DNA of 64,000 nt from Octopus sinensis (lineage: Eukaryota): the NCBI RefSeq assembly GCF_006345805.1, contig NC_043012.1, forward strand, positions 2,914,001-2,978,000, given 5' to 3'. Below, piece after piece: positions 25,588 to 36,845 of the stretch (positions are counted from its first letter, which is position 1; each line of letters starts with the position of its first letter). The notes beneath the pieces are model-generated. The model saw nothing but the letters and a program-made list of their open reading frames with translations. It was not told the origin of the DNA and did not search any database. The translations under genes were made by a program, and so were the position numbers.

Positions 25588-26345
25588 TGAAGTAGTATCA
25601 GAAATTTCCTGGGCTAGTTATGTTTAATAAAAAATTATTTATTTACCTAAGTTTTAACATTATCTCCTTCGAAATAGTCACCTTGCAACAGCAACACACT
25701 GGTCCCAGCATTCCTGTCACTTTTGGAATCTGGCCCAGAAGTCATTTTCCGTAAGCGAGTCGAGGACCTTCTATGGTTCACTCTGGATCTTGACAACAGT
25801 GTTAAAACAGCGACCTTTGAGCTGCATTTTCATCTTGGGGAAGAGATGGAAGTCCTCGAGTGCTAAATCTGGTGAATAGGGTAGGTGCATAAACAATACC
25901 ATATTGCTTTTTGCAAGAAATTCACAAGTGAGGAGAGGTCAGTGGCAAGGCGCATTGTTGTCATGAAGAATCCATTTCTTCATGCTCCACAGATTCGGTT
26001 GTTTTTGCCAAATGTCCTCCTTCATGCACTTCAAAATGTTGCAGTAGAACTCTCAACTGATGGTCTTGCTCGGGGGGATGAATTCTTGATGTACAATATT
26101 ATGGATCTCAAAAAAAAATGATAAACATGTTCTTGATTGAGCTGCGGCTTACGAAGCACCCGTACCACTCAAAACATTGCATACGACCCATTGCCTCATC
26201 GCCTTAATCTTGCCAAAACATACTCAGTGTCTCTGTGGCAGACTTACCTAGCTTAATGCAAAGTTCCTCATTGGCTCTTTGTTCCAACTTCCTGTCCTTG
26301 ACAAAAATCGCAGGCTTCAATTTCACAACTTGGGAAGTAACCGGA
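25588..26345 (-). mobile_element. Internally deleted, decayed mariner transposon
   Basis: Minus-strand translations KLGKSATETLSM (N-terminal), WILHDNNAPCH, HLPYSPDLALEDFHLFPKMK and GDYFEGD (C-terminal); TIR-like tatgaagtagtatcagaaatttcc near 25586. Confidence 0.85.
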
Positions 26346-26789
26346 AAATTAGAGATAGTCAGTGAAAATATCCAATGAAACGGGACTCATGCTAGACAAC
26401 CAGGTAGCATAGAGGATGAGATCTTTCCCAATGACTAGTATCATAGTTTCAACAACAACTGCTTCAAAGGGGACGCCCCAGAAAGAAGCAACTACTGTCA
26501 ACAAACTTACAAAAGTAACACAACTAATTCTTTCTATAACTTTTGGAACAAGGCCAACAATTTTGAGGGAGGGATTAGTTGAAAACATCGATCCCAGTAC
26601 TTAGACTGGTGTTTTATTTTTATTGACCCCCCCCAGAAGTATAGAAGGCAGAGACGTAACCTCTGTGGGATCTGAACTCAGAATGTATAGTATCAGAAGA
26701 AATACTGCAAAGCTTTTTTTTTCTTTTTTTTTTTTTGATGCTCCAACAATTCTTCCAGCTAATAAAGAAGAGCAATAGCTTAGATGAGG

Positions 26790-27065
26790 TGCTATTCAGG
26801 TTCGTGCCAGGATGAGTATCACTGATACAGAGACAGTGACTAGAGAAGTTCTTAGTAAAGAGTGTTCCACTATATCTAGCATGGAGAAGACCTTTGACAG
26901 TGTACCATGGTGGGGAGAACTGTGCAACCATGTAAAGATGCATACCGTCAGCAAGGTGTGAGTGAAAAATTTAGTGTACAGGTAGTTGTTCATCAGGACT
27001 TGGTTCCCAGACTTTGATGTTATAGCTCTCCAGGCCATAACAGAAGCGTTTAAAACTAGCTGTCT
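26790..27065 (+). mobile_element. Decayed RTE LINE reverse-transcriptase fragment
   Basis: Remnants corresponding to GFVPG, MEKTFDSVP and EKFSVQVVVHQ (like the GVHQGS motif), with deletions. Confidence 0.65.
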
Positions 27066-27471
27066 ATAACAACCACTTTCCCATGGTCAAAAAAAAGGTG
27101 GTGATGGGGGAAGGAGCAGTATTTTCAGCTAGATAAAAACTGTGACCAGTCAGAGTTTATAGGCATGAGTGATGGATGCCAACTGTTGACCCTTTTGACC
27201 AGTAGGCTGTGACACATTGAAAAACTTGACCAGCTGCAGTTTTCAAATGCATAAATTTATTTAACTCTCCCCCCCCCCACTTTTAAACCAGCGTATGAGA
27301 GACCTTCACCCCAAACCCACTTATTTCAAAGTTGTTCATCTCAAAAAAAAAAAAAATGACTCATTATCGAATGAATAATAATTTCAAGGCATTGAAAGAG
27401 AAAATTCCATCAGATTTTTTCTCTTTTTACTTGTGAACAATTTCAAAGTTGTTTACCAAACACCAGCTTCT

Positions 27472-28073
27472 ATTCCTTTCTTACAGTAGGCACAAAGCCT
27501 GAAATTTTGAAGGAAGGGGCTAGTCAAATCGACACCAGTGCACAACTGGTACTTATTCCATTGACCCCAAAAGAATGGAAGGTAAAGTAGCTGTCAGTGA
27601 AATTTGAACTCAACTAGTTTAATATTGGTTTCAAATTTTTGGCACAAGGGCAGCAATTTCTGAGGAAGGGGCAAGTTGGTTACATTGGCCACCAGTACTC
27701 AACTGGTACTTATTTTTTTGACCTTGAAAGGATGAAAGACAAAGTCAGACTTGGCAAAATTCAAACTCTGAACATAAAAATGGATCAAATACTGCTAAGC
27801 TTTTTGCCTGGCTTGCTAATGATTCTGCCAGCTCGCTGTCTTTAACAAGCTTAATATTCTTTTCTACTCTAGGCACAAGGCCCAAAATTTTTGGCGAGGG
27901 GGCCAGTCAATTAGATTGATCCCCAGTATGCAACTGGTATTTAATTTATTGACCCTGAAAGGATGAAAGGCAAAGTCGACCTTGGTGGAATTTGAACTGA
28001 GAATGTAAAGACAAATAAAATACTGCTAAGCATTTCACCTGGTGTGGTAACATTTCTACCAGCTCGCTGCCTT
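27472..28073 (-). mobile_element. Three tandem family B SINEs (27472-27611, 27627-27843, 27859-28073)
   Basis: B bodies separated by the repeated 15-mer aactagcttaatatt at 27612, 27844 and 28074. Confidence 0.85.
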
Positions 28074-28367
28074 AACTAGCTTAATATTACAAGTTGTTAA
28101 ATACTAGTGATACTATAACCATACTATAGCATATATAATTCTACCTATCTACAGCAGCTCAGTGCTTGCTTGACCTGTTAGAAATACCAGCCATATCTCC
28201 CTTCACTCACTCCACTGTCTTAAGGAAGGTAACATTGGATATTGTAGTTCTGGAGACCCTTCACATAGATTAAATATAGGATGATCACAATTGAGTTGTC
28301 TTTAATCATTGGTTTTTGCTCTATCAGGGATGACTTTGGGTTAAGCACCAACAACTGGCACATAAAC

Positions 28368-28480
28368 CACACTATACCATTGACACTAGAACCACACTAT
28401 GCTACTGACAGTACAACCACACTTTACCATTGACACTAGAACCATACTATGCTACTGACAGTACAACCACACTATACCAC
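28368..28480. repeat. 25-bp minisatellite organised as a 50-bp dimer
   Basis: cacactataccattgacactagaac and cacactatgctactgacagtacaac alternate: 4 units plus a partial. Confidence 0.9.
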
Positions 28481-28559
28481 CAACACCACATCAGATCACT
28501 ATTCCACTGACATCACAACTGTATTACACCACTAATACTACAGCTACAACCAGACTATA

Positions 28560-28812
28560 AAAGTGAAGTAAAGTTACCTTCTTGAGACACACCGACTCAT
28601 AAGGGCCAGTTTCCTGGCTTCATGGCATGTACATTTCCCCTCCTGGGATACCGGTCCATCACAGGATTACTCATTTTTGCCAGCTGAGTGGACTGGAGCA
28701 ATGTGAAATGAAGTGTTTTCCTGAAAAACACAACACGTCGCCCGGTCTAGGAATCAAAGCACAATCTTGTGATCATGAGTCTAACACCTTAACCACCAAG
28801 CCACGCACTTCC
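28560..28812 (-). mobile_element. SINE family C
   Basis: Reverse complement matches 3412-3655. Confidence 0.8.
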
Positions 28813-29601
28813 ACTACAACCCTACTGTATCACTGACATAGCAGCCACATTACACTATATCATTCATTGGCACTGTGTATGGCATAATACTGCTGACTCC
28901 TACTTTATTTCTCCTCTGTCTTAATTTTAAAAGTTTGACCTCAAGTTTCAATTACTTTCCAAATTAGGTCACTAAATAATGTTCTTTCAGTTTCCTTAAC
29001 TCATATATTTTTAGTTAAGCGTTTTGATGCTTCATACATTAAATGTATTACCATTAACCTAATTGTCTCTTTGTCTCTCTCTCTATCTGTCTCACCACAT
29101 TTGAAGGTACTATTTCAAAAGCACCCTGCATAAAATATGTTAACATCAAACTTATCTGTCTGTCTCACAACATATATTATTTCTAGTCAGCGTTTTAATA
29201 CTCCTTAAATACAGCAATACTAACTTGTCTAGGTTTAGAATAAACCCCATGTGTCTGTTACTTTGTTACATTGAGTTCACATCAGATATTGCTAAACCTT
29301 CCAATGTCATGCTAGCTCTTTGTTGAATTGCTACCAATTGACTATTTTACTTGTATTTTGCAATCCATACTTTTGTATCCAAAAAAAAAAAAAGAGAGCA
29401 GTGAACACAATACCTTGCAGTATTTTGTTCCATTGCTTTATACTCCGAGTTCAAATCTTGTCATGGTTGACTTTGCCTTTCGTCTTTCAATGAGTCCCCA
29501 AAAAAATATTATCATTAAATATTTAGAGTGGGTAGGGTAGGAGACAATCCATCTTCAGTACTTACTATGTACCTTTAGTATATACCTTTCTTCTCAAGTT
29601 T

Positions 29602-30056
29602 CACCCTTTGGCATTTAAACTGGCCATATCTGTCCAAAATATTTTGCTTGTTCTATGTTCAAACTGGCCTGATCTGGTCTCTCACTCCAACTCTACAATA
29701 TTGTTTTAAAAATAAACAAGTTACATCATCAGAATTTCAAAGCTTCAAAATAATCCTTCCTAGTAAAGGTACAAAGCCTGAAAATTTAGGGGAGGGGACT
29801 AGTCTATTACAACTACCCCAGTGTTTTACTGGTACTTAATTATCAACCCCAAGAGGATGAAGGGCAAAGTTGACCTCAGTGGAATTTGAACTCAGAATGT
29901 AAAGACGGATGAAATGCCACTAAGTATATTGCCTGGTGTGCTAACGATTCTACCAGCTCACCACTTTAAAACTTCAGAATAAGGCATGATTAATTACAAA
30001 AAAATTTGAATAAATAAGCATTACATTTGACAGAGTAATCTGAAAGTTAAAGGGTT
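29602..30056 (+). mobile_element. P1 MITE interrupted by a family B SINE (29752-29968, minus)
   Basis: accctttggcatttaaactggcc start and aatctgaaagttaaaggg end, with B sequence in between. Confidence 0.7.
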
Positions 30057-30204
30057 TTAGTATTGTTCCAATATTAGAAAGTATTATATACAAGAGTTAT
30101 TAATCTGAAGCTGTGCTCAACAACACAATCTATAAAGCTTATACTATTATTATTCACCTTGTGATTAAAATAGACCCACTTTACCGAGTTCACTTTGCCT
30201 AGAT

Positions 30205-30456
30205 CAGTGGTTTTCAACTGGGGTCCATATGGCCCTTGGCAGGGTCCCTATAAGATTTTGTTGTTAAAATGCATGTGAAATAAAACTGGTTATATTTCTA
30301 CAATAAACAACATATTTTAAGAATTTTTTATACAATTCCTAATAATATTTCATTATAAAAATATAAGATTCTTCAAATGTGGAATACTATGGGGATCCAG
30401 TAACATAAAATAGGAATTGAAGGGGTCTACAGGAGAAAAATGATTGAGACCCGCTG
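30205..30456. mobile_element. hAT-type MITE (252 bp)
   Basis: TIRs cagtggttttcaac and gattgagacccgctg; 8-bp TSD gcctagat (30197-30204) / gcatagat (30457-30464). Confidence 0.85.
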
Positions 30457-31937
30457 GCATAGATCATCAATGTAACAAGAAGAGTAAGATATTGGGTTGA
30501 GTGGAGGGGTTATGTACAATTTAGTAGGAACAAAGGCTGTCAGCGTAGTGGTGGAAGATATGGTTATGTGAAGAAAATGAATCAGCATCAGCTGTAGAAA
30601 TGAGTTGTGATGTCACATTAGTGGCATGGAGAGGAGAGACTGGTATGCATGGGCGACTGCTGACCTTCCATAAACAACCTTGCCCAGACTTGTGCCTCGG
30701 AGAGGAACTTTCTAGGTGCAATTCCATGGTCATGCATGACCAAAGGGGTCTTTACCTTTTACGTTTGACATAATAATCTGAATGCTAAAGGGTTAATGAT
30801 GAATTTCTTGTTGAAGTAATCTTTACCAGGTCTTTAGTGAATTTTGTTTTACAGCTTTGTGAGAAACAAGTATCAACATGCATGACCTTGGTTGACTTTG
30901 GTAGGTCCTCTGAGGTTGGTGAGCTTGATTCTGTTTTATGTTTGACTTGTACATCTATAAGAAGAGAGGAACAACTGGGTAAAGTGGGTGCTGCAAAACA
31001 GTGTTTCTCAAAGGAACTCCTTTGGGGTCTTAACTTGAACTAGATTTAAATTTTCATTTCTGTTCTTTACATTGAAGATTTTTAAAGATGATGAGGGGAA
31101 AAAATACTGTGCTCCAATTGGTGGTCTTAATGATTTAACTGGATCAAAAAGTAACCTTTCAGAAAAAAATGGCTGAAAATCACTGGTGCAGAGCATGGGT
31201 AGTAAGTCAGAGTAGGAGAAACCAGGGGTGGAGAGATGATGTGTCAGATGAGCCAATACGGATGGGTATCTAACTATCTTGTTCAGTGGAGCAGAGGCCA
31301 GTGTAGAAGCACTAGAATTGGCAACAGTTCTTTACTGTTATTTGTAGCTGATCTAGCAACTGGGTAGCGTCTCCCTTGTGTATTTGCTACCATTTTTTTT
31401 TGGCATTTGAAATAACAAGAATAATGCTTATGTGAGGAAGATTAAACAACATATTTGTAACTTCTTTTTTTCTTTCTATTCTTTGCTTTTACTCGAGCCC
31501 TGATTAATGATGCTAAGGATAACACTTCTCCCTGACTCGGATTTTTAAAGGATTTGATGTCAAATTTGTAATATGGACTCAGGATGGCTGTGTGGTTAAG
31601 AAGTTTGCTTTGCAAGTACATGTTTTCAGGTTCAATCTCACTATGCTACAAATTGGAAAAGTATCTTCTTCCATAGATGCATGTTAACAAAAATGTGAAT
31701 GGAATTTAGTAGATGGAATCTGTGTGGACACAGGCATACAGGTCAATCTAGTATGTAGTGTAAATACATAAGCATCATCACTTTCTTTTCAAATCTTGCT
31801 GCATTTCATATGGAATATTTAGTCTTCTAAAATCATCTTAGTGTATAAGTCAACTTACCATTTTTGGCTATAAATTATGATCTGAAAAATTTAACTTGTC
31901 TGCTGGAAAATATGGTATGTATGCATGAATGTATATG

Positions 31938-32139
31938 TTCTTTACTCTTTTACTTGTTTCAGTCATTTTGCTGCGGCCATGCTGGCACACCGCCTTTAGT
32001 CGAGAGCAAATCGACTCCAGGACTAATTCTTTGTAAGCCTAGTACTTATTCTATCGGTCTCTTTTGCTGAACCACTAGGTGACGGCAACGTAAACACGCC
32101 ACCATCAGTTGTCAAGCGATGTTGGGAGGACAAAAACAG

Positions 32140-32172
<33 letters not shown>

Positions 32173-32344
32173 CATATATATGACGGGCCCCTTTCAGTTT
32201 CCATCTACCAACTCCACTCACAAGGCTTTGGTCAGCCCGAGGCTATAGTAGAAGACACTTGCCCAAGATGCCACACAGTGGGACTGAACCTGGAACCACG
32301 TGGTTGGTAAGCAAGCTACTTACCACACAGCCACTCCTGTGCCT
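31938..32344 (-). mobile_element. SINE family A (full length)
   Basis: Reverse-complement match to family A from head to tail. Confidence 0.9.
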
Positions 32345-32530
32345 GTATACATGTAGAAATGTTTGTTTTTATGCATAATTAAATAAAAAGAATTCAAACA
32401 TTGTTTATAAGATCTCTCAATGCATTTGAGTATCATATTTATTTTTGCAAAGAAAATGTTGACGGTGACTTCGAAGTTCTACTAGTCATTGACTTTATCA
32501 GACTGCCTGGAAAAACTTTGAAGTCACTAT

Positions 32531-32937
32531 ACTCTTTACTCTTTTACTCTTTTACTTGTTTCAGTCATTTGACTGCGGCCATGCTGGAGCACTGCCTTTA
32601 GTCTACAAATCAACCCCAGGACTTATTCTTTGTAAGCCCAGTACTTATTCTATCGGCCTCTTTTGCCGAACCGCTAAGTGATGGGGACATAAACACACCA
32701 GCATCGGTTGTCAAGCAATGCTAGGGGGACAAACACAGACACACAAACATACATGCACATACATATATATACATATATACGACGGGCTTCTTTCAGTTTC
32801 CGTCTACCAAATCCACTCACAAGGCTTTGGTCGGCCCGAGGCTATAGTAGAAGACATTTGCCCAAGGTGCCACGCAGTGCGACTGAACCCCGAACCATGT
32901 GGTTGGTAAGCAAGCTACTTACCACACAGCCACTCCT
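32531..32937 (-). mobile_element. SINE family A (full length, young)
   Basis: Reverse-complement match; (aaagagt)n tail. Confidence 0.9.
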
Positions 32938-33646
32938 TTTTCTTTTACAAATACGCCGTCTCACACACAAATACATATTTTTTGTGTGTATGTCTATATT
33001 TTACTGATGGCAAAGGATATAACAACAACAAAAAAACTTCAAAACTAATAACACATCTTTGTCTCTCTGACTGTCAGAAAATATAGAGAACCAGTTATTG
33101 GTCTGTTGATCACCTGTAATCAATGATGCAGTTCTGTTGTTTACCTGTTTCAGTCATTAGACTGTGACCCTTCTGGGGTACTGCCTTGAAGAGTTTTTAT
33201 CCAGACGAATCAACTTTTTTTTAAGCCTGGTACTTATTCTATCAGTTTCTTTTGCCAAACTGCTAAGTTATAGGGGTGTAAACAAACCACCAATGGCCAA
33301 GCAGTAGTGGGCAACAAACACAGATGCAGACACACACACACATACACACTCTCTCTCACACATACACAATAGGCTTCTTTCAGTTTCCATTTCCTAAGTT
33401 CACTTGTAAGGCTTTGGTCAGCCTAAGGGCTCTAGTTGAAGACAATTAACTAAGGTGCCATGCAGTGGGATTGAACCCCAAACAATGTGGTTGTGAAGCA
33501 GGTTCCACCTTACCTTTTATTCACATTTTGTTGCAATTGTTATTGTTTAGTTCCAGTTCAGCTTTGATCCTGCAGACCTATGAACAAAAGTGGTTTGACT
33601 GTGACCATCTTTGTCTTCTTTTGTTTGGATATATTGTAGATCTAGG

Positions 33647-34035
33647 GTAACAGACCTCTTTCGGTCATGAATGACCATGGGATTGGTCTTAGAAAGTAAC
33701 CCTCCGAGGCACAAGTCTGGGCAAGGTTGTTTATGGAAGACCAGCAGTCGCCCATGCATACCAGTCTGCCCTCTTCACACCACTGATGTTATCCAAGGGA
33801 AAGGCAAAGGCCGATACAACTTGGTAGCAGTAACGTCACAATTCATTTCTACAGCTGAGTAAACTGGAGCAACGTGAAATAAAGTGTCTTGCTCAAGAAC
33901 ACAACATACAGCTCGATCAGGGAATCAAACTGACTACCTCACGATTGTGAGCCCGATGCTCTAACCGCTAAGCCATGTTCCCTTTGTGGCTTCATCTCTT
34001 TACACATGTCTCCCAGTTGAGTTTCTTCACACTTA
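33647..34035 (-). mobile_element. Family C variant SINE with a 56-bp extra 5' segment, inserted into a D copy
   Basis: 14-bp TSD attgtagatctagg at 33633-33646 and 34036-34049; the D sequence resumes afterwards. Confidence 0.85.
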
Positions 34036-34672
34036 ATTGTAGATCTAGGACTATATTATCCAATATGTCTTTCTTTTAACATCATAGGGTGTGTGAGTGA
34101 GCTGTCAAAGATGTTATTGTAGAGTCAAGTCATCTTGTGAAGCATGCCAGGAGGATATGTGGTCTGGAGGAGGTTTGGCTGCTCATTTTAGCAGATCAAG
34201 TAATTATGCAGAAGTTCTCTCATTGGCTTGTTTCATTACAGTTGTTGTTTAGCCTCAGGTCATTTTTGGTCAAGCAGATCTATGATCAGACAGTATTTAT
34301 TCTGGCCATGATCAGCTTGTCTTTTTTCAGATGCACTGCATCTAAGATCTTAGTATTTGTAATGTTATTATAAGTCCAAAATGCTTGGTAATAACACTAT
34401 ATTTTTATTTACCACTGCTTAGCACTCCCCCTCTGTAACTTAATATTTGTGTCCTTCTTTTTATAGGAGTAAGAATATTTAGCTGTTATTTTTAACATAT
34501 AAGGCAACCACATAGAAACTCCCTCTGTGGCTCCATCTCTTTACACATATCTCCCAGTTGCGTTTCTTCACACTTAGTGTACTTGTAGAGTGCAGGCAGC
34601 TTAAAGGATAATATTTATTTAGAATAACTGATGGTAATATTGAAATAACAGCCTCCACCCATCTCCACTTAC

Positions 34673-34751
34673 CTGTCTTAAGCTTTGCTCTGCCCTTCTC
34701 TGTTCTGCCTTGCTCAGCTCCTGTTTTTTTGGAGACTTGCTGTCTCTTGTC
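34673..34751 (-). CDS. Candidate internal coding exon (79 nt) of an unidentified gene; best frame TRDSKSPKKQELSKAEQRRAEQSLRQ
   Basis: Non-repeat, purine-rich; acceptor ttgttctttctacc...ttgaatag; consensus donor CAG|gtaagt; two frames open. No homology recognised. Confidence 0.4.
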
Positions 34752-35084
34752 CTATTCAAGTAGATTTTATAGAGGTAGAAAGAACAATTAAATATGATTC
34801 ATGGATAATTTAAATTGTTTGCATTTCTGTATTGTTTATATAAACAGTATTTTATAGACACTTGGAGTATAATAGTGGATTCTACTTCACTGTTGCTCTC
34901 ACACCATTTTGTGAAGTGTGCCATGTAGTAAACCACTGATCACCTATTGACAGAAAGAGAGAGAGAGAGAGAAGCCTCTCTCTTTCTCAGAGTACATACA
35001 ATCATCATTTAGCGTCCGTGAAAAGGGTGTTTCCCTTTGGAAATCCCTATGTGTGATGTATTTCTCTCTCTTCTTCTCTCTCAT

Positions 35085-35117
<33 letters not shown>

Positions 35118-35808
35118 CTTATATATAGACAAATATATACATATACAAACACACATATATAGTGTGTGTAAATTGTATAAATTTCCCATTATTATTTGAA
35201 ATATGCATAAAGAGGTGAAGAAGATAATTGAGTTTCTTTGTTCCTGAAAGAATTATTATGGTGACTCATAACATTTGATAAATACTATTATTGCTTATCA
35301 TTACTTCACCAGTTTTAGTCAAGCTATTACTTGATACGTACATGATTAGCTGGTGAAACCATTTTTACCCAATACCCAGCACCTCTAAAGGATTTAAGGA
35401 TCAGCTCTGCTCCCTTCAGTAAATATTCACATGTTTGTAGACTTAACAAATTAACATCCAAACTGGTCTTCTATGAGATTTTTCTCTTTTTTTTTTAGTT
35501 ATAAATTATGAATTTGACCCTTCAACAAATTCTTTCAGCATCTCTCTCTCTCTTTTGTTTTTCATAAATGGTTAAACATAAATAGTGAAACTGCTGCTAA
35601 AAAATTATACAAACATGTACAACCTTTACATCATCACCATCATCAGCTTTTCATACCTGTTGTCAAGTAGCTAGCTCTAAGTTGGTCTTCATCAAGCTGA
35701 GCATGGTGAAAGGTATTCCAGCAACAACTATTCTTTCTTATTTTAAGAATATATTATCCAAGACTATATTTTCTAAAAATGCCCTTCCTTTTTTAAGATG
35801 AGGAGGTA

Positions 35809-36004
35809 AGAGCTCTGCTGGTGACAAAGAGTCTCTCGCTCAGAGTAAAAGGTAGACTGTATGACGCATGTGTATGAACAGCTATGCTACATGGCAGTGA
35901 AACATGGGCTGTGTCTGCTGAGGACATGCGTAAGCTCACAAGGAATGAAACCATGGGTTCGATTTTTGAACCAGGCAGTACATGGTTTCTTTGAGCAAAA
36001 CACA
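35809..36004 (+). mobile_element. Chimeric RTE ORF2 fragment plus SINE C fragment (duplicate of 42791-42993)
   Basis: Codes LLVTKSLSLRVKGRLYDACV*TAMLHGSETWAV, then catgggttcgatttttgaacc...ttgagcaaaacac. Confidence 0.85.
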
Positions 36005-36059
36005 AATCAAGTAGCCGTATTCAAATTCTTTCATTGACCAATGTTTTAGTATTTATTTT

Positions 36060-36270
36060 GCCATTGCTGTCATGGGTTGGACAGGTCTATTTCACAGCTT
36101 GTTATCACCAGTTTTCAGTCTTTTGTAATCTTCCCTGTGAGGCCCTATATACTGAGATCTGACTTCACTTCTTCTACACATCTTCCTCAATTTTCACTCT
36201 TCTCTATTTGTTATCCTCCATATCTTGCGTCATGCAAGATATTTTTGTCAAACACTTCTCACCCATTCAC
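36060..36270 (-). mobile_element. Decayed RTE LINE 3' end
   Basis: Remnant of the RTE ORF C-terminal codons followed by ctgtccaacccatg of family E. Confidence 0.6.
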
Positions 36271-36442
36271 TCTGCTACCCTCATCTCTGCTTCACATTAC
36301 TGCTAATTCATTTTTTGAATTAACTGATAATAAAACAGAAACCCCCAATATTTTTGTCATTATTCTTTAAATCTTTTTTTTTTAATTAATAATTTTATTT
36401 GTTTGTTTGTTTTAACTGGATTTTATAACAATTATTAAAATT

Positions 36443-36845
36443 AGGAGTGGCTGTGTGGTAAGTAGCTTGTTTACCAGCCACATGGTTCCGGGTTCAGTCC
36501 CACTGGATGGCACCTTAGGCAAGTGTCTTCTACTATAGCCTCGGGCCGACCAAAGCCTTGTGAGTGGATTTGGTAGACGGAAACTGAAAGAAGCCCATCG
36601 TATATATGTATATATATATATATATATATGCGTGTGTGTGTTTGTCCCCCTAGCATTGCTTGACAACCGATGCTGGTGTGTTTATGTCCCCGTTACTTAG
36701 CGGCTCGGCAAAAGAGACCGATAGAATAAGTACTGGGCTTACAAAAGAATAAGTCCCGGGGTCGAGTTGCTCGATTAAGGGCGGTGCTCCAGCATGGCCG
36801 CAGTCAAATGACTGAAACAAGTAAAAGAGTAAAGAGTAAAGAGTA
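36443..36845 (+). mobile_element. SINE family A (young, near consensus)
   Basis: CpGs intact; (aaagagt)n tail. Confidence 0.92.

Noticed and set aside
28368-28480. CRISPR-like appearance of regularly spaced repeats (also 13900-14250)
   Set aside because: The units are contiguous with no unique spacers, there are no cas genes, and the context is eukaryotic.
35658-35697. Apparent exon LDEDQLRASYLTT with a cag|gtatga donor
   Set aside because: It lies within the tail of a decayed D repeat, which shows how easily exon-like signals arise by chance here.
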